Positions 34,002 through 44,084 of a DNA stretch of 64,000 nt are shown here, one piece after another (positions within the stretch are counted from its first letter, which is position 1; every line of letters starts with the position of its first letter). The stretch is from an uncultured Planctomycetota bacterium (lineage in GTDB: Bacteria; Planctomycetota; JAJSAM01; JAKLKS01): positions 5,905 to 69,904 of the forward strand of contig CAYJMF010000001.1 in NCBI GenBank assembly GCA_964370855.1, given 5' to 3'. The notes below the pieces were generated by a model. The model was given only the letters and a program-made list of their open reading frames with translations. It searched no databases and had not been told where the DNA came from. Both the position numbers and the translations under genes were made by a program.

Positions 34002-37000
34002 ATGGGCCGGCAAGGTGAGGGCATTGTCATGATGAGATTCCGGGGCGCATCTCCTGATTCCTCTCGACCGAGGTGGCGGTGGGCGCTGCGTTCCATAGCC
34101 AACTGCGGACTCATGGTGCTCCTCGCCGCATCGCCGGGCAGTTCCGAGGGCGCGGAAGAGAGTGCTCCCTCCTGGGAGGTCTACACCAGCCCCTTGAACC
34201 GCACCCCGTATGAGATCCATGTGGACCGGAAGGCCCGGACCAAGACCTTCGTGGGGCCCACGGGGGAGACCTTTGGCTCCATCGAGGAGATCCTCGCCGC
34301 CGAATCGAGCGGGCTGAGTCCCTTGCAGCGGGTCGTCGCCCCCTCCCTCTGGGGCCACCTGCAGTCCCCCACGCCCTCGGGGGACCTGGTCCCGGTCACC
34401 ATCGTCCTTCGCAACCAGCCCGCCCACGACGCGAGCCAGGTCGCACGGGAGCGCCATGCGCCTCGGCTCGCCGAGGCCCTCGGCAGGGCGCGGCGGATCC
34501 TCGGGCGCCTGGAGCCCCTCCTTCCCTCGCCCGAGGTCCGGAAGCGGATGACCCTCCGTCAACTCATGGAGGCGGAGGGCGCGCTCCTCACGGTCGAGGA
34601 GAAGGCCGAGTTGAAGGCCGTTCGCGAGGAAGTCCGCGCCACGCTGGGGATCCTGCGGTCCGAGGTCCTGGCTCAGGCACGTTCCCAAGCCCAGGCGGAC
34701 AAGGCCCCCATCGTGGCGTGGCTCGCCGCCACGCCCGGGTGCAGGCTCGTCGGGGACTCCACCATCCTCAGCGCGGTCTTCGCCGAGGTCCCGGGCCACG
34801 TGATCGAAACCATGGTGGAGACCTTCCCGGAGATTGCCCGCGTCTCACCTATCGGCCGGGCCGAAGCGACCATGAACACCAGCACGGGGACCATCGGCGC
34901 CTCCGACTGGTGGAACGCCGGGTACAACGGGAGTTCCTCGACGAAAGTGGCGGTGGTGGACTCCGGGGTTGACTCGGGACACCCGGCCCTTTCGAGCGTG
35001 GTCTCCGACGCCGCAGTCCACCTCGCCTACGGGAAGCTATTGTCGGTCTTCAACGACAGTTCCACGAGTACCGACGACCTCCACGGGCATGGCACCCATG
35101 TGGCCGGAACGGTGGCAAGCACTGACTCCACCTACCGGGGAGTGGCCTACGGCGGTTTAGTGATGGGCGCGAAGTGCCTGTTCAGGACCACCACCGGAGG
35201 CGCCGGCGGGGTTGACCCCGACATCTTCAGCGCCATGGACTGGGCGACGGACAACGGCGCCGACGTCTTGAACCTGAGTCTCGGGGGCTCCTCATCGAAC
35301 GGCGGGGAGAGCGACATCGCACACTTCTGCGATGCCGTTGCGTACGGCCTTGTCATCCCCGTGGCGGTGGCCAGCGGGAACTCGGGCTCAAGTTCCGGAA
35401 CCGTGGGAACTCCCGGGGACGCCTACAACGTCATCACCGTCGGCAACTTCGATGACTGGGACACGACCGGCCACTCCGACAACATCTTGTCCTCCTCCAG
35501 CAGCAGGGGGCCCACTTCGGATGGAAGGCGGAAGCCCGACTTGAGCGCGCCGGGGGAGGACATCGCTTCCTGCAACAACACCTGGGAAGGTGCGGGCTCC
35601 GACTTCGTGAACAACTCCGGCACCAGCATGGCGTGCCCCCACGTCGCCGGCTCCTGCGGCATCCTCCTTGACTACGCCTCGTCCTGGTCCCCGGAGGCGC
35701 TGAAGGCCCTTCTCGTCACCACGCCAAGGAACACGTCACCGTACCCGACCTCCCCCGACAACAACTGGGGGTACGGCGGCTTGAACCTCGCCTCCGCCTA
35801 CGCGCACCGGGCCTCCATCTACGAGGGGACGCTGACGAAGACCGGACCGGAGTTCGTCTTCCTGAAGCTGGGCTCCATGACTGCGGGGGACAGGTCCACC
35901 CTCGTCTGGAACCGCCACGTGACCTCGAACAACGCCTCCGCACCGACGGTGTACTACTCGCTCCTCGACCTTGATCTCTACCTCTACGACGAAGCAACGG
36001 ACACCGAGCTCGACTACAGCCTCTCCGGGCTCGAGCCCGTCGAGCAGTGCTCCGTCTCCTCGACGGTCTCCTCTCCCGTCGCCAAGGTGTACCGATACGA
36101 CTCCTTCCCCTCGGCCTTCTCGACGGAGTACTTCGCCTTTGCGTCCGAGACGACGACCTCCCCGACCCTGGCGGATCCCCCCGAACTTGCCTGCACCTTC
36201 ACTTCGCTGCCCTCCTTCGTGGCCGCGTCCACGTCCTTCACCGTCACGGTCCAGGTCACCAACCAGGGGGACATCCGAGCCTTCTCGCCGGAAGTCACCC
36301 TGTCCATCCCGACCGGCTACACGGTGCTCTCGGGCGCCAATCCGAGGACGCTGTCCAACCTGTCGGCGGGCGCGTCGACCAGCGTCTCTTGGACCGTGCA
36401 GTCTCCCTCCTCGGGAGGCACCGCCACCTTCGACGCCGAGGCCTGGACCATCTCCTATGGCGAGCTCTTCTATGGGGACACGGTCTCCCAGGCCATGGCC
36501 ACCGATTCGGCGGCTCCAACCGGGTCGGTGGCCCTGGATGCCGGTGCCGCCGCCTCCCAGGATCTCGACGTGACCCTCTCCATTAACGCCACGGACGATC
36601 GCTCGGGGATCGCCGAGATGCGGATCCGCAACCAGGGCGATTCCTGGCCCGCCTGGACGGCCTTCAGCGCCACCGTGGCCAGGACCCTTCCGGAGGGCGA
36701 GGCGGAGAGGACCGTCGAGGTCCAGCTCCGGGACGCCGTGGGGAACGTCTCCGCCACCCTCTCGGACTCCATCTACCACGACCTGACTCCTCCCACGGGT
36801 TCGGTCGTCGTCGGAGGCGGAGCCGCCTACACCAATGCTAGGCCTACGCCGTTGACCCTGGACGCCTCCGACGGCGTGAGCGGGGTCCAGGACATGCGCT
36901 TCAGGACCGATGGCGTGAACTGGGGCAGCTGGATCCCCTACGCGGCATCGACCTCCCTGGACCTCGGGTCCGTTGACGGCGCCAAGACCGTCGATTGCCA

Positions 37001-38588
37001 GTTCCGGGACCGGGCACTGAACGTCTCCTCCACGGTCCAGGACGGCATCGTCTACGACGGCACCGCCCCCACGGGGACTCTTTCCGTGGAGGACGGCGCC
37101 TTCTTCACCGGCACCTCGACGGTGGATCTCACGATCTCCGGACTCGATTCCCTCTCCGGCCTGGAGGGGATGCGGTTCCGGGGATGGGCCGCTGACAGCG
37201 ACACGTGGTCGTCCTGGGTGCCCTTCTCGACCTCCCACACCATGGTGCTGAACGCCGCACAAGGGCTCCTGACCATCGGACTCCAGGTCCGGGACTATGC
37301 CGGGAACATGTCCACGGTCGCCTCCGACGGGATCTACTTCGACGCGACCCCGCCTACCGGGACCGTCCTCCTTCTCGACGACAGGGCCGCCATCAACACC
37401 ACCGCGATCCAGGTCCAGATGTCCTGGAGCGACGTCGGTTCCAGCGTGGAGGCCTACCGCCTGCGCAACGAGGGCGGTTCCTGGACCGACTGGGCTCCTC
37501 CCACCGCCGTCCTCCCCTGGGACCTTCCTGCGGCAGACGGAGTCAAACGCGTCGAGGTCGAGTTCCGGGACCTTTGCGGACTCGTGTCCAGCACCCTCTT
37601 CGACGAGATCCTCCTGGACACCGTTCCCCCTGTGGGGTCCTTCGCCCTGAACGGCGGGGCCGGGTACCTGCTTCCCTGGGAGGCCCTCGAGGCCGTCACC
37701 ACCTCCGAGGACACCCCCGATGGATCCGGTGTCGACGGTTACCGGTACTCCACGGACGGTGGGGAGACCTGGTCCGCCTGGTCGGACCTGGCATCGGACG
37801 GCGTCCATGAGGTGACGCGCCCGGGTGCGGTCCACCAGGTTGAGGTCCTGGGGCAGTTCCGCGACGCCGCCGGGAACGAATCCGTTGCCAGCGCCGAGTC
37901 CATCTACTTCCTGAAGGGAGACCCCCAGCGGCTGACCTTCACCCCGAACATCCGCGGGACGACCGAGCCGGGGGGCGACCATGACGCGTTCACGGTGGAC
38001 CTCGGCCCCGGGGATCTCCTCGACTTGAAGGTGTCCGCCAAGAGCAGCATCAAGAAGGGGGACTTCCAGCTCCTCGTGGACGTGTACGCTCCCGACGGGA
38101 CGAAGGTCGTGGACGGCCTCTACCCCTCCAGCTCCAAGAAGGTCGGCGTGAAGAAGTTCCCGGCTCCCGTGGCGGGCCAGTACTGGGTGGTCCTGCGCCC
38201 TCTGGGGGCGGACCTCGACGCGGGCGCGTACTACACCCTGAAGTCCAAAGCCCGGATGTCGAAGACCCGTCGCGTGATCGCGGGTTCGGTGACTCCTGCC
38301 GGGGTCCCGCCGTCCGCCGTTGTCCAGATTACCGCTGCGGATCGCGAACAGCTCAGCGGCACGATCCAGATGGCGGTCCTGGAGTCGATCGAACTCCACG
38401 GGCCCAACGACTGGACCGACCCGGTGTCGTTCACGTCCAAGGGCTACAAGCGGACCCTGCCCTCCCGCACGCTCGGCTCTGGGTCGGGGACCTACGACCT
38501 CGAGCTCTTCGGCAATGGGCTGGCCTCCTACAAGTTCCTGCTGAAGCCGCCGGTCCAGGACAAGGCCTTGACGGAGGAGGAGGAGTAA
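34002..38588 (+). CDS. secreted subtilisin-like serine protease (peptidase S8) with five tandem ~93-aa Ig-like repeats and a C-terminal PPC (pre-peptidase C-terminal) domain
   Basis: Catalytic triad contexts VAVVDSGVDSGHP (Asp), HGHGTHVAGT (His), GTSMACPHVAG (Ser). Five repeats each beginning D-x-T/A-P-P-T-G. C-terminal FTPNIRGTTEPGGDHDAFTVDLGPGDLLDL...YYTLKSK is PPC-like. Arg-rich n-region plus hydrophobic core indicates a signal peptide (start 34002 or 34029). Confidence 0.8.
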   Translation: MGRQGEGIVMMRFRGASPDSSRPRWRWALRSIANCGLMVLLAASPGSSEGAEESAPSWEVYTSPLNRTPYEIHVDRKARTKTFVGPTGETFGSIEEILAAESSGLSPLQRVVAPSLWGHLQSPTPSGDLVPVTIVLRNQPAHDASQVARERHAPRLAEALGRARRILGRLEPLLPSPEVRKRMTLRQLMEAEGALLTVEEKAELKAVREEVRATLGILRSEVLAQARSQAQADKAPIVAWLAATPGCRLVGDSTILSAVFAEVPGHVIETMVETFPEIARVSPIGRAEATMNTSTGTIGASDWWNAGYNGSSSTKVAVVDSGVDSGHPALSSVVSDAAVHLAYGKLLSVFNDSSTSTDDLHGHGTHVAGTVASTDSTYRGVAYGGLVMGAKCLFRTTTGGAGGVDPDIFSAMDWATDNGADVLNLSLGGSSSNGGESDIAHFCDAVAYGLVIPVAVASGNSGSSSGTVGTPGDAYNVITVGNFDDWDTTGHSDNILSSSSSRGPTSDGRRKPDLSAPGEDIASCNNTWEGAGSDFVNNSGTSMACPHVAGSCGILLDYASSWSPEALKALLVTTPRNTSPYPTSPDNNWGYGGLNLASAYAHRASIYEGTLTKTGPEFVFLKLGSMTAGDRSTLVWNRHVTSNNASAPTVYYSLLDLDLYLYDEATDTELDYSLSGLEPVEQCSVSSTVSSPVAKVYRYDSFPSAFSTEYFAFASETTTSPTLADPPELACTFTSLPSFVAASTSFTVTVQVTNQGDIRAFSPEVTLSIPTGYTVLSGANPRTLSNLSAGASTSVSWTVQSPSSGGTATFDAEAWTISYGELFYGDTVSQAMATDSAAPTGSVALDAGAAASQDLDVTLSINATDDRSGIAEMRIRNQGDSWPAWTAFSATVARTLPEGEAERTVEVQLRDAVGNVSATLSDSIYHDLTPPTGSVVVGGGAAYTNARPTPLTLDASDGVSGVQDMRFRTDGVNWGSWIPYAASTSLDLGSVDGAKTVDCQFRDRALNVSSTVQDGIVYDGTAPTGTLSVEDGAFFTGTSTVDLTISGLDSLSGLEGMRFRGWAADSDTWSSWVPFSTSHTMVLNAAQGLLTIGLQVRDYAGNMSTVASDGIYFDATPPTGTVLLLDDRAAINTTAIQVQMSWSDVGSSVEAYRLRNEGGSWTDWAPPTAVLPWDLPAADGVKRVEVEFRDLCGLVSSTLFDEILLDTVPPVGSFALNGGAGYLLPWEALEAVTTSEDTPDGSGVDGYRYSTDGGETWSAWSDLASDGVHEVTRPGAVHQVEVLGQFRDAAGNESVASAESIYFLKGDPQRLTFTPNIRGTTEPGGDHDAFTVDLGPGDLLDLKVSAKSSIKKGDFQLLVDVYAPDGTKVVDGLYPSSSKKVGVKKFPAPVAGQYWVVLRPLGADLDAGAYYTLKSKARMSKTRRVIAGSVTPAGVPPSAVVQITAADREQLSGTIQMAVLESIELHGPNDWTDPVSFTSKGYKRTLPSRTLGSGSGTYDLELFGNGLASYKFLLKPPVQDKALTEEEE

Positions 38589-38803
38589 TCCGGAGGCTGC
38601 ACCTCTCCAGCGGTTCATCCGAGGACACCAGTCAGGAGATGGGACTGCCGGCCATGGCGAAAACCTCGCGGCCCCCTCTCGTGACGGCTCGGAGGTTGGC
38701 CCGATGGGAGCCCGACTCGGAGATGGGGCCGTCTAGAGGTATGCTCTTTGGAGTAGACGGTCCGTCGTATCGATGCCCCTGTTCGTATACGACTGAGGAA
38801 CTG

Positions 38804-39793
38804 ATGGCCACAGCTGCCCAGGTGAAGGCTCTGATCCGCACGTACGCTGAACGCGACGACGACCGGTTCTTCACGGTCGCGCTGCAAGTCGCTGCCCATG
38901 CTGCGCGGACCGGGCACACGAAGTTCGCTCAGGAGCTGAAGCAGGTCATCGAGGAGGCTCAGTCCCGGGCAAGGTCCGCACCACCCGCACCCGGCGCAAA
39001 GATCGTCTCGATCATCCAGCCCAGGGGTGAGTTGGCTGGCCTACTTACCGTCGAGTACCCGAAGCAGCGACTCGCGAGCATGGCGCTGGACGACTCAGTC
39101 CGCCAGAGGCTGGACCGAGTTCTCCTTGAACAGAGGCACCAAGGTCGCATCCGGGAGCATGGGTTTGGTCCGATGCGCAAGCTGCTCCTGGTCGGGCCAC
39201 CCGGGACCGGGAAGACGATGACCGCGGGGGTGCTCGCGGCCGAACTGGGACTCCCACTTTTCACCATCCAACTGGATGGCCTGATCACGAAGTACATGGG
39301 GGAGACAGCAGCCAAGCTGAGGTTGATCTTCGATGCGATCCGGCAGACGCGGGCGATCTACCTCTTTGACGAGTTCGATGCCATCGGAGGCAAGCGCGTG
39401 GCATCGAACGATGTCGGCGAGATCCGCCGTGTGCTCAATTCGTTCCTTCAGTTCCTGGAGCAGGACACCTCCGAGAGTCTTATTCTCGGAGCAACGAACC
39501 ACCCTGAACTTCTAGATCGCGCCCTGTTCCGACGATTTGACTCAGTCATCGAGTACGACCTCCCTTCACCCATAGTTGCCCAATCGGTGATGAAGGCACG
39601 GCTCTCCCTGCTCGACACCTCGGAGATCGACTGGAGAGCGTCTGTTGGTGGCGCGAAGGGACTCAGTCACTCAGACGTGGCACGCGCCTGTGAGAGCGCC
39701 GCCAAGGACGCCATCCTTGCACACAAACTGAAGATCGAGACGGACGCGCTCCTTCGAGCGCTGAACGACCGAAGGGCTGTTCAAGGCAGGTAG
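38804..39793 (+). CDS. ietA: AAA+ ATPase (IetA-like)
   Basis: ATG 38804 with GAGGAA SD. Walker A GPPGTGKT, Walker B YLFDEFD, sensor-1 GATNHPELLD. 18-nt gap to the downstream S8 peptidase gene. Confidence 0.8.
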   Translation: MATAAQVKALIRTYAERDDDRFFTVALQVAAHAARTGHTKFAQELKQVIEEAQSRARSAPPAPGAKIVSIIQPRGELAGLLTVEYPKQRLASMALDDSVRQRLDRVLLEQRHQGRIREHGFGPMRKLLLVGPPGTGKTMTAGVLAAELGLPLFTIQLDGLITKYMGETAAKLRLIFDAIRQTRAIYLFDEFDAIGGKRVASNDVGEIRRVLNSFLQFLEQDTSESLILGATNHPELLDRALFRRFDSVIEYDLPSPIVAQSVMKARLSLLDTSEIDWRASVGGAKGLSHSDVARACESAAKDAILAHKLKIETDALLRALNDRRAVQGR

Positions 39794-39811
39794 TGCCCAG
39801 GAGGGGAGCGC

Positions 39812-42331
39812 GTGCCGGCTCCGCGGGATCGTCGCCACATCGTGCTTCCGGGGCAACCACAGACTGAGCCCTACAAGCCTTGGCCCAGGGGCGGCAGCAG
39901 CCCGCTCCCACCGCTGCCTCCCCACCTACGACGCAGGCATGCGACCCGGCTGAAGGCCGAAGTCGAGCAGGCCAAGGAAGACGCTGACCTTCGACGGAAG
40001 GCAGCGGTGCAAGCCGGCTTCGAGCGAACCGTCAACGCGATCACTCTGGCGTTCGTGAGCCCTCCGGGGTTCGACCTAGAACTTGGTTCACTTGAGAGTC
40101 AGCGGAAAGGCATCGAGCTCCTGTCCGTACAGGCAGAGCAGCGGGCGGACGGCGACCTCTCTCAGCGCGCGGTGGTGAGGGTTCCGGATGAAGAGGTGGG
40201 CTTCTTCCTCAAGCGATTTGAGGCATTCGCAACCGAGAAGACCAAGGAGAAGGGCAACCCGAAGCACCAGCAGATGGTGCAGCGTATCGCCGCGGTTCGG
40301 CTCGCCACACTCAGGGAACTATGGACTGACTCAGCCCCTTACCCCGCCGACGGAGCGGTCGTCTGGTGGGAGATCTGGCTTCGAAGGCGGGACGGCATGG
40401 AAGAAGGTCGACTTGCGTCCTTCGCGGAGACTGCAGGAGTCGCGCTTGGTGCGAGCAGGCTCGGTTTCGAAGATCGGACTGTAGTACTGGCGCGAGCCAC
40501 GCCTGAGCAACTCGCTGCCTCGGTTGATGTCTTGGGTGACATCGCGGAGGCCCGTCTGGCCAAGGAGTCACCGAGTTTCTTCGAAGAACTCCCCCCTACA
40601 GAGCAAGCCGAGTGGACAGCGGATCTCCTTCAGCGCATGTCCGCCCCCAGAGCGGACGCCCCTTCGGTGTGCGTGCTCGATACGGGCGTGCACCGCGGAC
40701 ATCCCCTCCTTCAGGGTGCGACCGCGGCCACCGACGTCCAATCATGTGATGTCGCTTGGGGCGTTGATGATCACCACGGTCACGGGACTGAGATGGCAGG
40801 GCTTGCACTTCTGGGTGACCTGGGCCCCCATCTTGCGGGTGGCGCCGCTGTCCCCGTGAACCACCGACTGGAGTCAGTGAAGATCCTGCCCCCGGTCGGA
40901 CTCGCCCCTACTCCCCCCGAACTCTATGGCGCTCGCACGGCTCAAGCGAGCAGTCTCGTGGAGATTCAGGCACCGGCTCGATCGCGCGCCTTTCTGATGG
41001 CAGTGTGCTGCCAAGACACTCGAGACCGAGGGTTACCGACGTCATGGTCGGCGGCAGTGGATGCATTGGCATCCGGCAGGACTTTTGATCCCTCAACTCA
41101 GGGCCTTGTGTACATAGATGCTCACGCTCCGGCAGACGGGCGGCTCTTCGTCCTTGCTGCAGGGAATGTTGATGACCTCGCACTCGAGCACCTGGACCGA
41201 AGCGACCTGGAGGTCGTACACGACCCCGGGCAAGCCTGGAATGCGCTGACGGTCGGAGCGTTCACGGAGCGCGGTGTAATTCAAGATCCGGGATACGAAG
41301 ACTGGCGCCCAGTCTCAGCACCGGGAGGCCTCTCTCCCTACAGCGCGACGTCAATCTCGTTTGGTAGCCAGTGGCCCTTGAAACCGGATGTTGTGTTTGA
41401 AGGCGGCAACGTCGGACATAACGGAGCCGGGCAGTTCCAGGCAGGTCTCCCGTCTCTGTCGCTCCTCACAACCTACCGGCGGCCAGCGGTCGGACACTTC
41501 GTCTCATCCTGGGCCACCAGTGCGGCGGCAGCCCAAGCTGCCAGAATGGCCGCACGCATTCGCCATCAGTATCAGGAACTCTGGCCAGAGACTGTCCGAG
41601 CGCTTATCGCGAATTCTGCACGCTGGACTCCGCAGATGAGGGCTCTATTGGGCAGTTCCGCAACTGCTCGTGCCAAGGAGAACCTCGTCCGGAGATTTGG
41701 TCTCGGGGTTCCAGACGAGAGCCGGGCTATGTACAGCGCTCGAGATGCGCTGACCCTGGTCTCGCAGTCAGTCATCAGGCCATTCGAGGATGGTGCCCTG
41801 CGCGAGCTTCACTTCCATGCCCTTCCGTGGCCCAGAGAGGAGCTCGCCCATCTCGGTGAGATGCCCGTCTCGCTGAGGGTCACCCTCTCCTACTTCGTTG
41901 AGCCGAACCCTGGAAGGCGAGGGTGGAAGTTGCGCCACAGTTACGCTTCGCATGGATTGAGATTTGAGGTGAAGGGAGCATTTGAAGAGGTCGACCACTT
42001 TCGTGCTCGCCTGAATCGGTTGGCTGTCGAAGAGGAGACTGAGCGCCCCACGACAGAGGACTCCGGAGACGGGTGGTTTCTAGGCCGGACCCTTCGCACC
42101 CGCGGATCGCTGCACTCCGATGTCTGGCAGGGGACAGCGGCGGATCTGGCCGAGCGGGGGCAAGTCGCGGTTTTTCCCGTGTCTGGTTGGTGGAAGGCGC
42201 AACAGAAGCGAGATCGCAGCGAGATCGGCGCCAGGTATGCGTTGATCGTGACGATCGAGTCTCCTAGTGTCGATGTCGACATCTGGACTCCGGTAGCCCA
42301 ACTCGTGGGCGTTCCTGTGACATCGCATTAG
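39812..42331 (+). CDS. ietS: intracellular subtilase-family S8 peptidase (IetS-like)
   Basis: SVCVLDTGVHRGHP (Asp), DDHHGHGTEMAGLA (His), SWATSAAAAQAARMAA (Ser). No signal peptide. Paired with the upstream AAA ATPase as in the described ietAS defence pair. Confidence 0.8.
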   Translation: MPAPRDRRHIVLPGQPQTEPYKPWPRGGSSPLPPLPPHLRRRHATRLKAEVEQAKEDADLRRKAAVQAGFERTVNAITLAFVSPPGFDLELGSLESQRKGIELLSVQAEQRADGDLSQRAVVRVPDEEVGFFLKRFEAFATEKTKEKGNPKHQQMVQRIAAVRLATLRELWTDSAPYPADGAVVWWEIWLRRRDGMEEGRLASFAETAGVALGASRLGFEDRTVVLARATPEQLAASVDVLGDIAEARLAKESPSFFEELPPTEQAEWTADLLQRMSAPRADAPSVCVLDTGVHRGHPLLQGATAATDVQSCDVAWGVDDHHGHGTEMAGLALLGDLGPHLAGGAAVPVNHRLESVKILPPVGLAPTPPELYGARTAQASSLVEIQAPARSRAFLMAVCCQDTRDRGLPTSWSAAVDALASGRTFDPSTQGLVYIDAHAPADGRLFVLAAGNVDDLALEHLDRSDLEVVHDPGQAWNALTVGAFTERGVIQDPGYEDWRPVSAPGGLSPYSATSISFGSQWPLKPDVVFEGGNVGHNGAGQFQAGLPSLSLLTTYRRPAVGHFVSSWATSAAAAQAARMAARIRHQYQELWPETVRALIANSARWTPQMRALLGSSATARAKENLVRRFGLGVPDESRAMYSARDALTLVSQSVIRPFEDGALRELHFHALPWPREELAHLGEMPVSLRVTLSYFVEPNPGRRGWKLRHSYASHGLRFEVKGAFEEVDHFRARLNRLAVEEETERPTTEDSGDGWFLGRTLRTRGSLHSDVWQGTAADLAERGQVAVFPVSGWWKAQQKRDRSEIGARYALIVTIESPSVDVDIWTPVAQLVGVPVTSH

Positions 42332-42508
42332 GAGAACCTGGTAGCGATTCCGGTTCCTCACGTTTCCCTGATCCGTCTGTTGATCCGCTAGGGGGCCGAG
42401 CCTGCCATCCGGGACCTGCCCCCCCATTTGGCGAGACCGAGCAAGGCAGGAGTGACGCCGGAGGGGCAGAACGAGCCGGTGGGGATGCGGGTGGGGTAGG
42501 GGAATCGA

Positions 42509-43144
42509 ATGGCACGAGTGGTCGGGCGACCTGGGAGCGTCACAGCCCTCGAGGCCGATGTTGACGCAAGGCGGCAAGAGGCGGTCGGTTGCCTTGGAGT
42601 GTTCGGCCGTGTCCTCAGCGCCGTCCTGGGTCAGAGTCGAATCGAGACCCGATCACGGGGCATGCTTCGGGCTGGCGCGTATGGGGAGACTCGTGTGGCC
42701 GAGGAGCTAGAGCTCCTCCCGGACTCCTACTGGGTCATCCACGATGTCCGCCTCCGGTCGACAAGCCCTATGAAGTTCGATGGCAAGGGGCTCTTCACAG
42801 CCCAGGTGGACCACCTCGTCGTGGGCCCCACGGGGGTGTTCGTGATCGAGGCGAAGTGCTGGTCCACGGACCTGGCGTCCGCCGACTTGCCCTTCAGCCC
42901 TTTCGACCAGGTTCGACGGGCCGGCTACCTGTGCTACAGGCTCCTGAAGGAGAATGTGGGAGAGACCAAGGTCCAGCAGATCATCGTCTCCGTCGGGGCG
43001 CCTCTCAGGAGGGTCAACGACCACCACGTCCAACTCGTTTGGCCTAACGGGTTGGTGCGCTGGATCGTGGGTGGCAGGGATAGGCTCCCTTCAGTTCGGG
43101 TAGACGCCATTGCGAACTATCTGGCGGGACTGGTCGGCACCTGA
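42509..43144 (+). CDS. NERD (nuclease-related domain) protein
   Basis: GETRVAEELELLPDSYWVIHDVRL...DHLVVGPTGVFVIEAKCWS matches the NERD core. Confidence 0.75.
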   Translation: MARVVGRPGSVTALEADVDARRQEAVGCLGVFGRVLSAVLGQSRIETRSRGMLRAGAYGETRVAEELELLPDSYWVIHDVRLRSTSPMKFDGKGLFTAQVDHLVVGPTGVFVIEAKCWSTDLASADLPFSPFDQVRRAGYLCYRLLKENVGETKVQQIIVSVGAPLRRVNDHHVQLVWPNGLVRWIVGGRDRLPSVRVDAIANYLAGLVGT

Positions 43145-43319
43145 GTCCTCGCCCGGAGTGGCGACCACCGAGATTACAGACTCTCTGGGAACGAGGACTA
43201 GCCAGGCCTCCTGCGACGGACGAGCACAGAGAAGCAGCCATCCCCCATTGAGGCGACTGGCCTCGGTGTGGCATGCTCAACGAACAGCGCACTCTCCCGT
43301 GCGCAACCGAGGGAATTCC

Positions 43320-44084
43320 ATGAGCGTACTCGTGATCCCGTCCTTCATCAGAAGCCGCTGGGATCGGAAGTGCCTTGATCGCCTGTTGCAGAGCGTCCGC
43401 GAGCAGTCCGTTCCCTTCGACCGTGTGTACGTCGTGGACGATGCGAGCCCCGCGGAGTGGGAGGTCGATCCCGGTCTCGCGGAGCGCATCCGCCTCGACA
43501 AGAACGGCGGGCCCGCCATGGCCCGGAACGTCGGGATCGACCGCGCACTCGCCGATGGCGCTGAGCATGTCCTCTTCACGGACCACGACTGTGTTCTCGA
43601 CCGGGCCTGGAACGAGCACATGGTCCGTTTCCTCGAGATGACGACGTTCGGAGCCGTCGGCGGGATGACCTACGCCCTCGGATCGACGCTGCTCGACCAC
43701 TACCACGACCTGAACGGAACCCTGAACGGCAAGTGGCTCCTCCCGGGCCGAAAGGAGCTCTGGTACATGCCGTCCCTCAACTTCGGCATGAAGGCCGAAG
43801 TGGCGAGGGACTTCACGTTCGACGAGCGGTTCCCCACGGCCGCGGGCGAGGACGTCGACATCTGCCTGCGCATCCGGAGCAAACACCGGATCGGGTTCTG
43901 CCCCGGCGCCAGGCTGTGGCACGACTTCGGCTACCGCTCCACCCTAACGGGACTCCCGCGGTTCGTCCGGCTGTTCATGAAGTACAAGAGCTCCAGCGCG
44001 ACGCTTTACGACGGGCACACGGTCCTGCTCTGGGACTCGTCGGAGTCCATCTATGAGGGGAATGCACATGAGCCTCATCTATAG
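43320..44084 (+). CDS. family-2 glycosyltransferase
   Basis: ATG 43320 with GAGGGA SD. GT-A motifs VYVVDDASP and TDHDCV (DxD). 255 aa. Confidence 0.75.
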   Translation: MSVLVIPSFIRSRWDRKCLDRLLQSVREQSVPFDRVYVVDDASPAEWEVDPGLAERIRLDKNGGPAMARNVGIDRALADGAEHVLFTDHDCVLDRAWNEHMVRFLEMTTFGAVGGMTYALGSTLLDHYHDLNGTLNGKWLLPGRKELWYMPSLNFGMKAEVARDFTFDERFPTAAGEDVDICLRIRSKHRIGFCPGARLWHDFGYRSTLTGLPRFVRLFMKYKSSSATLYDGHTVLLWDSSESIYEGNAHEPHL

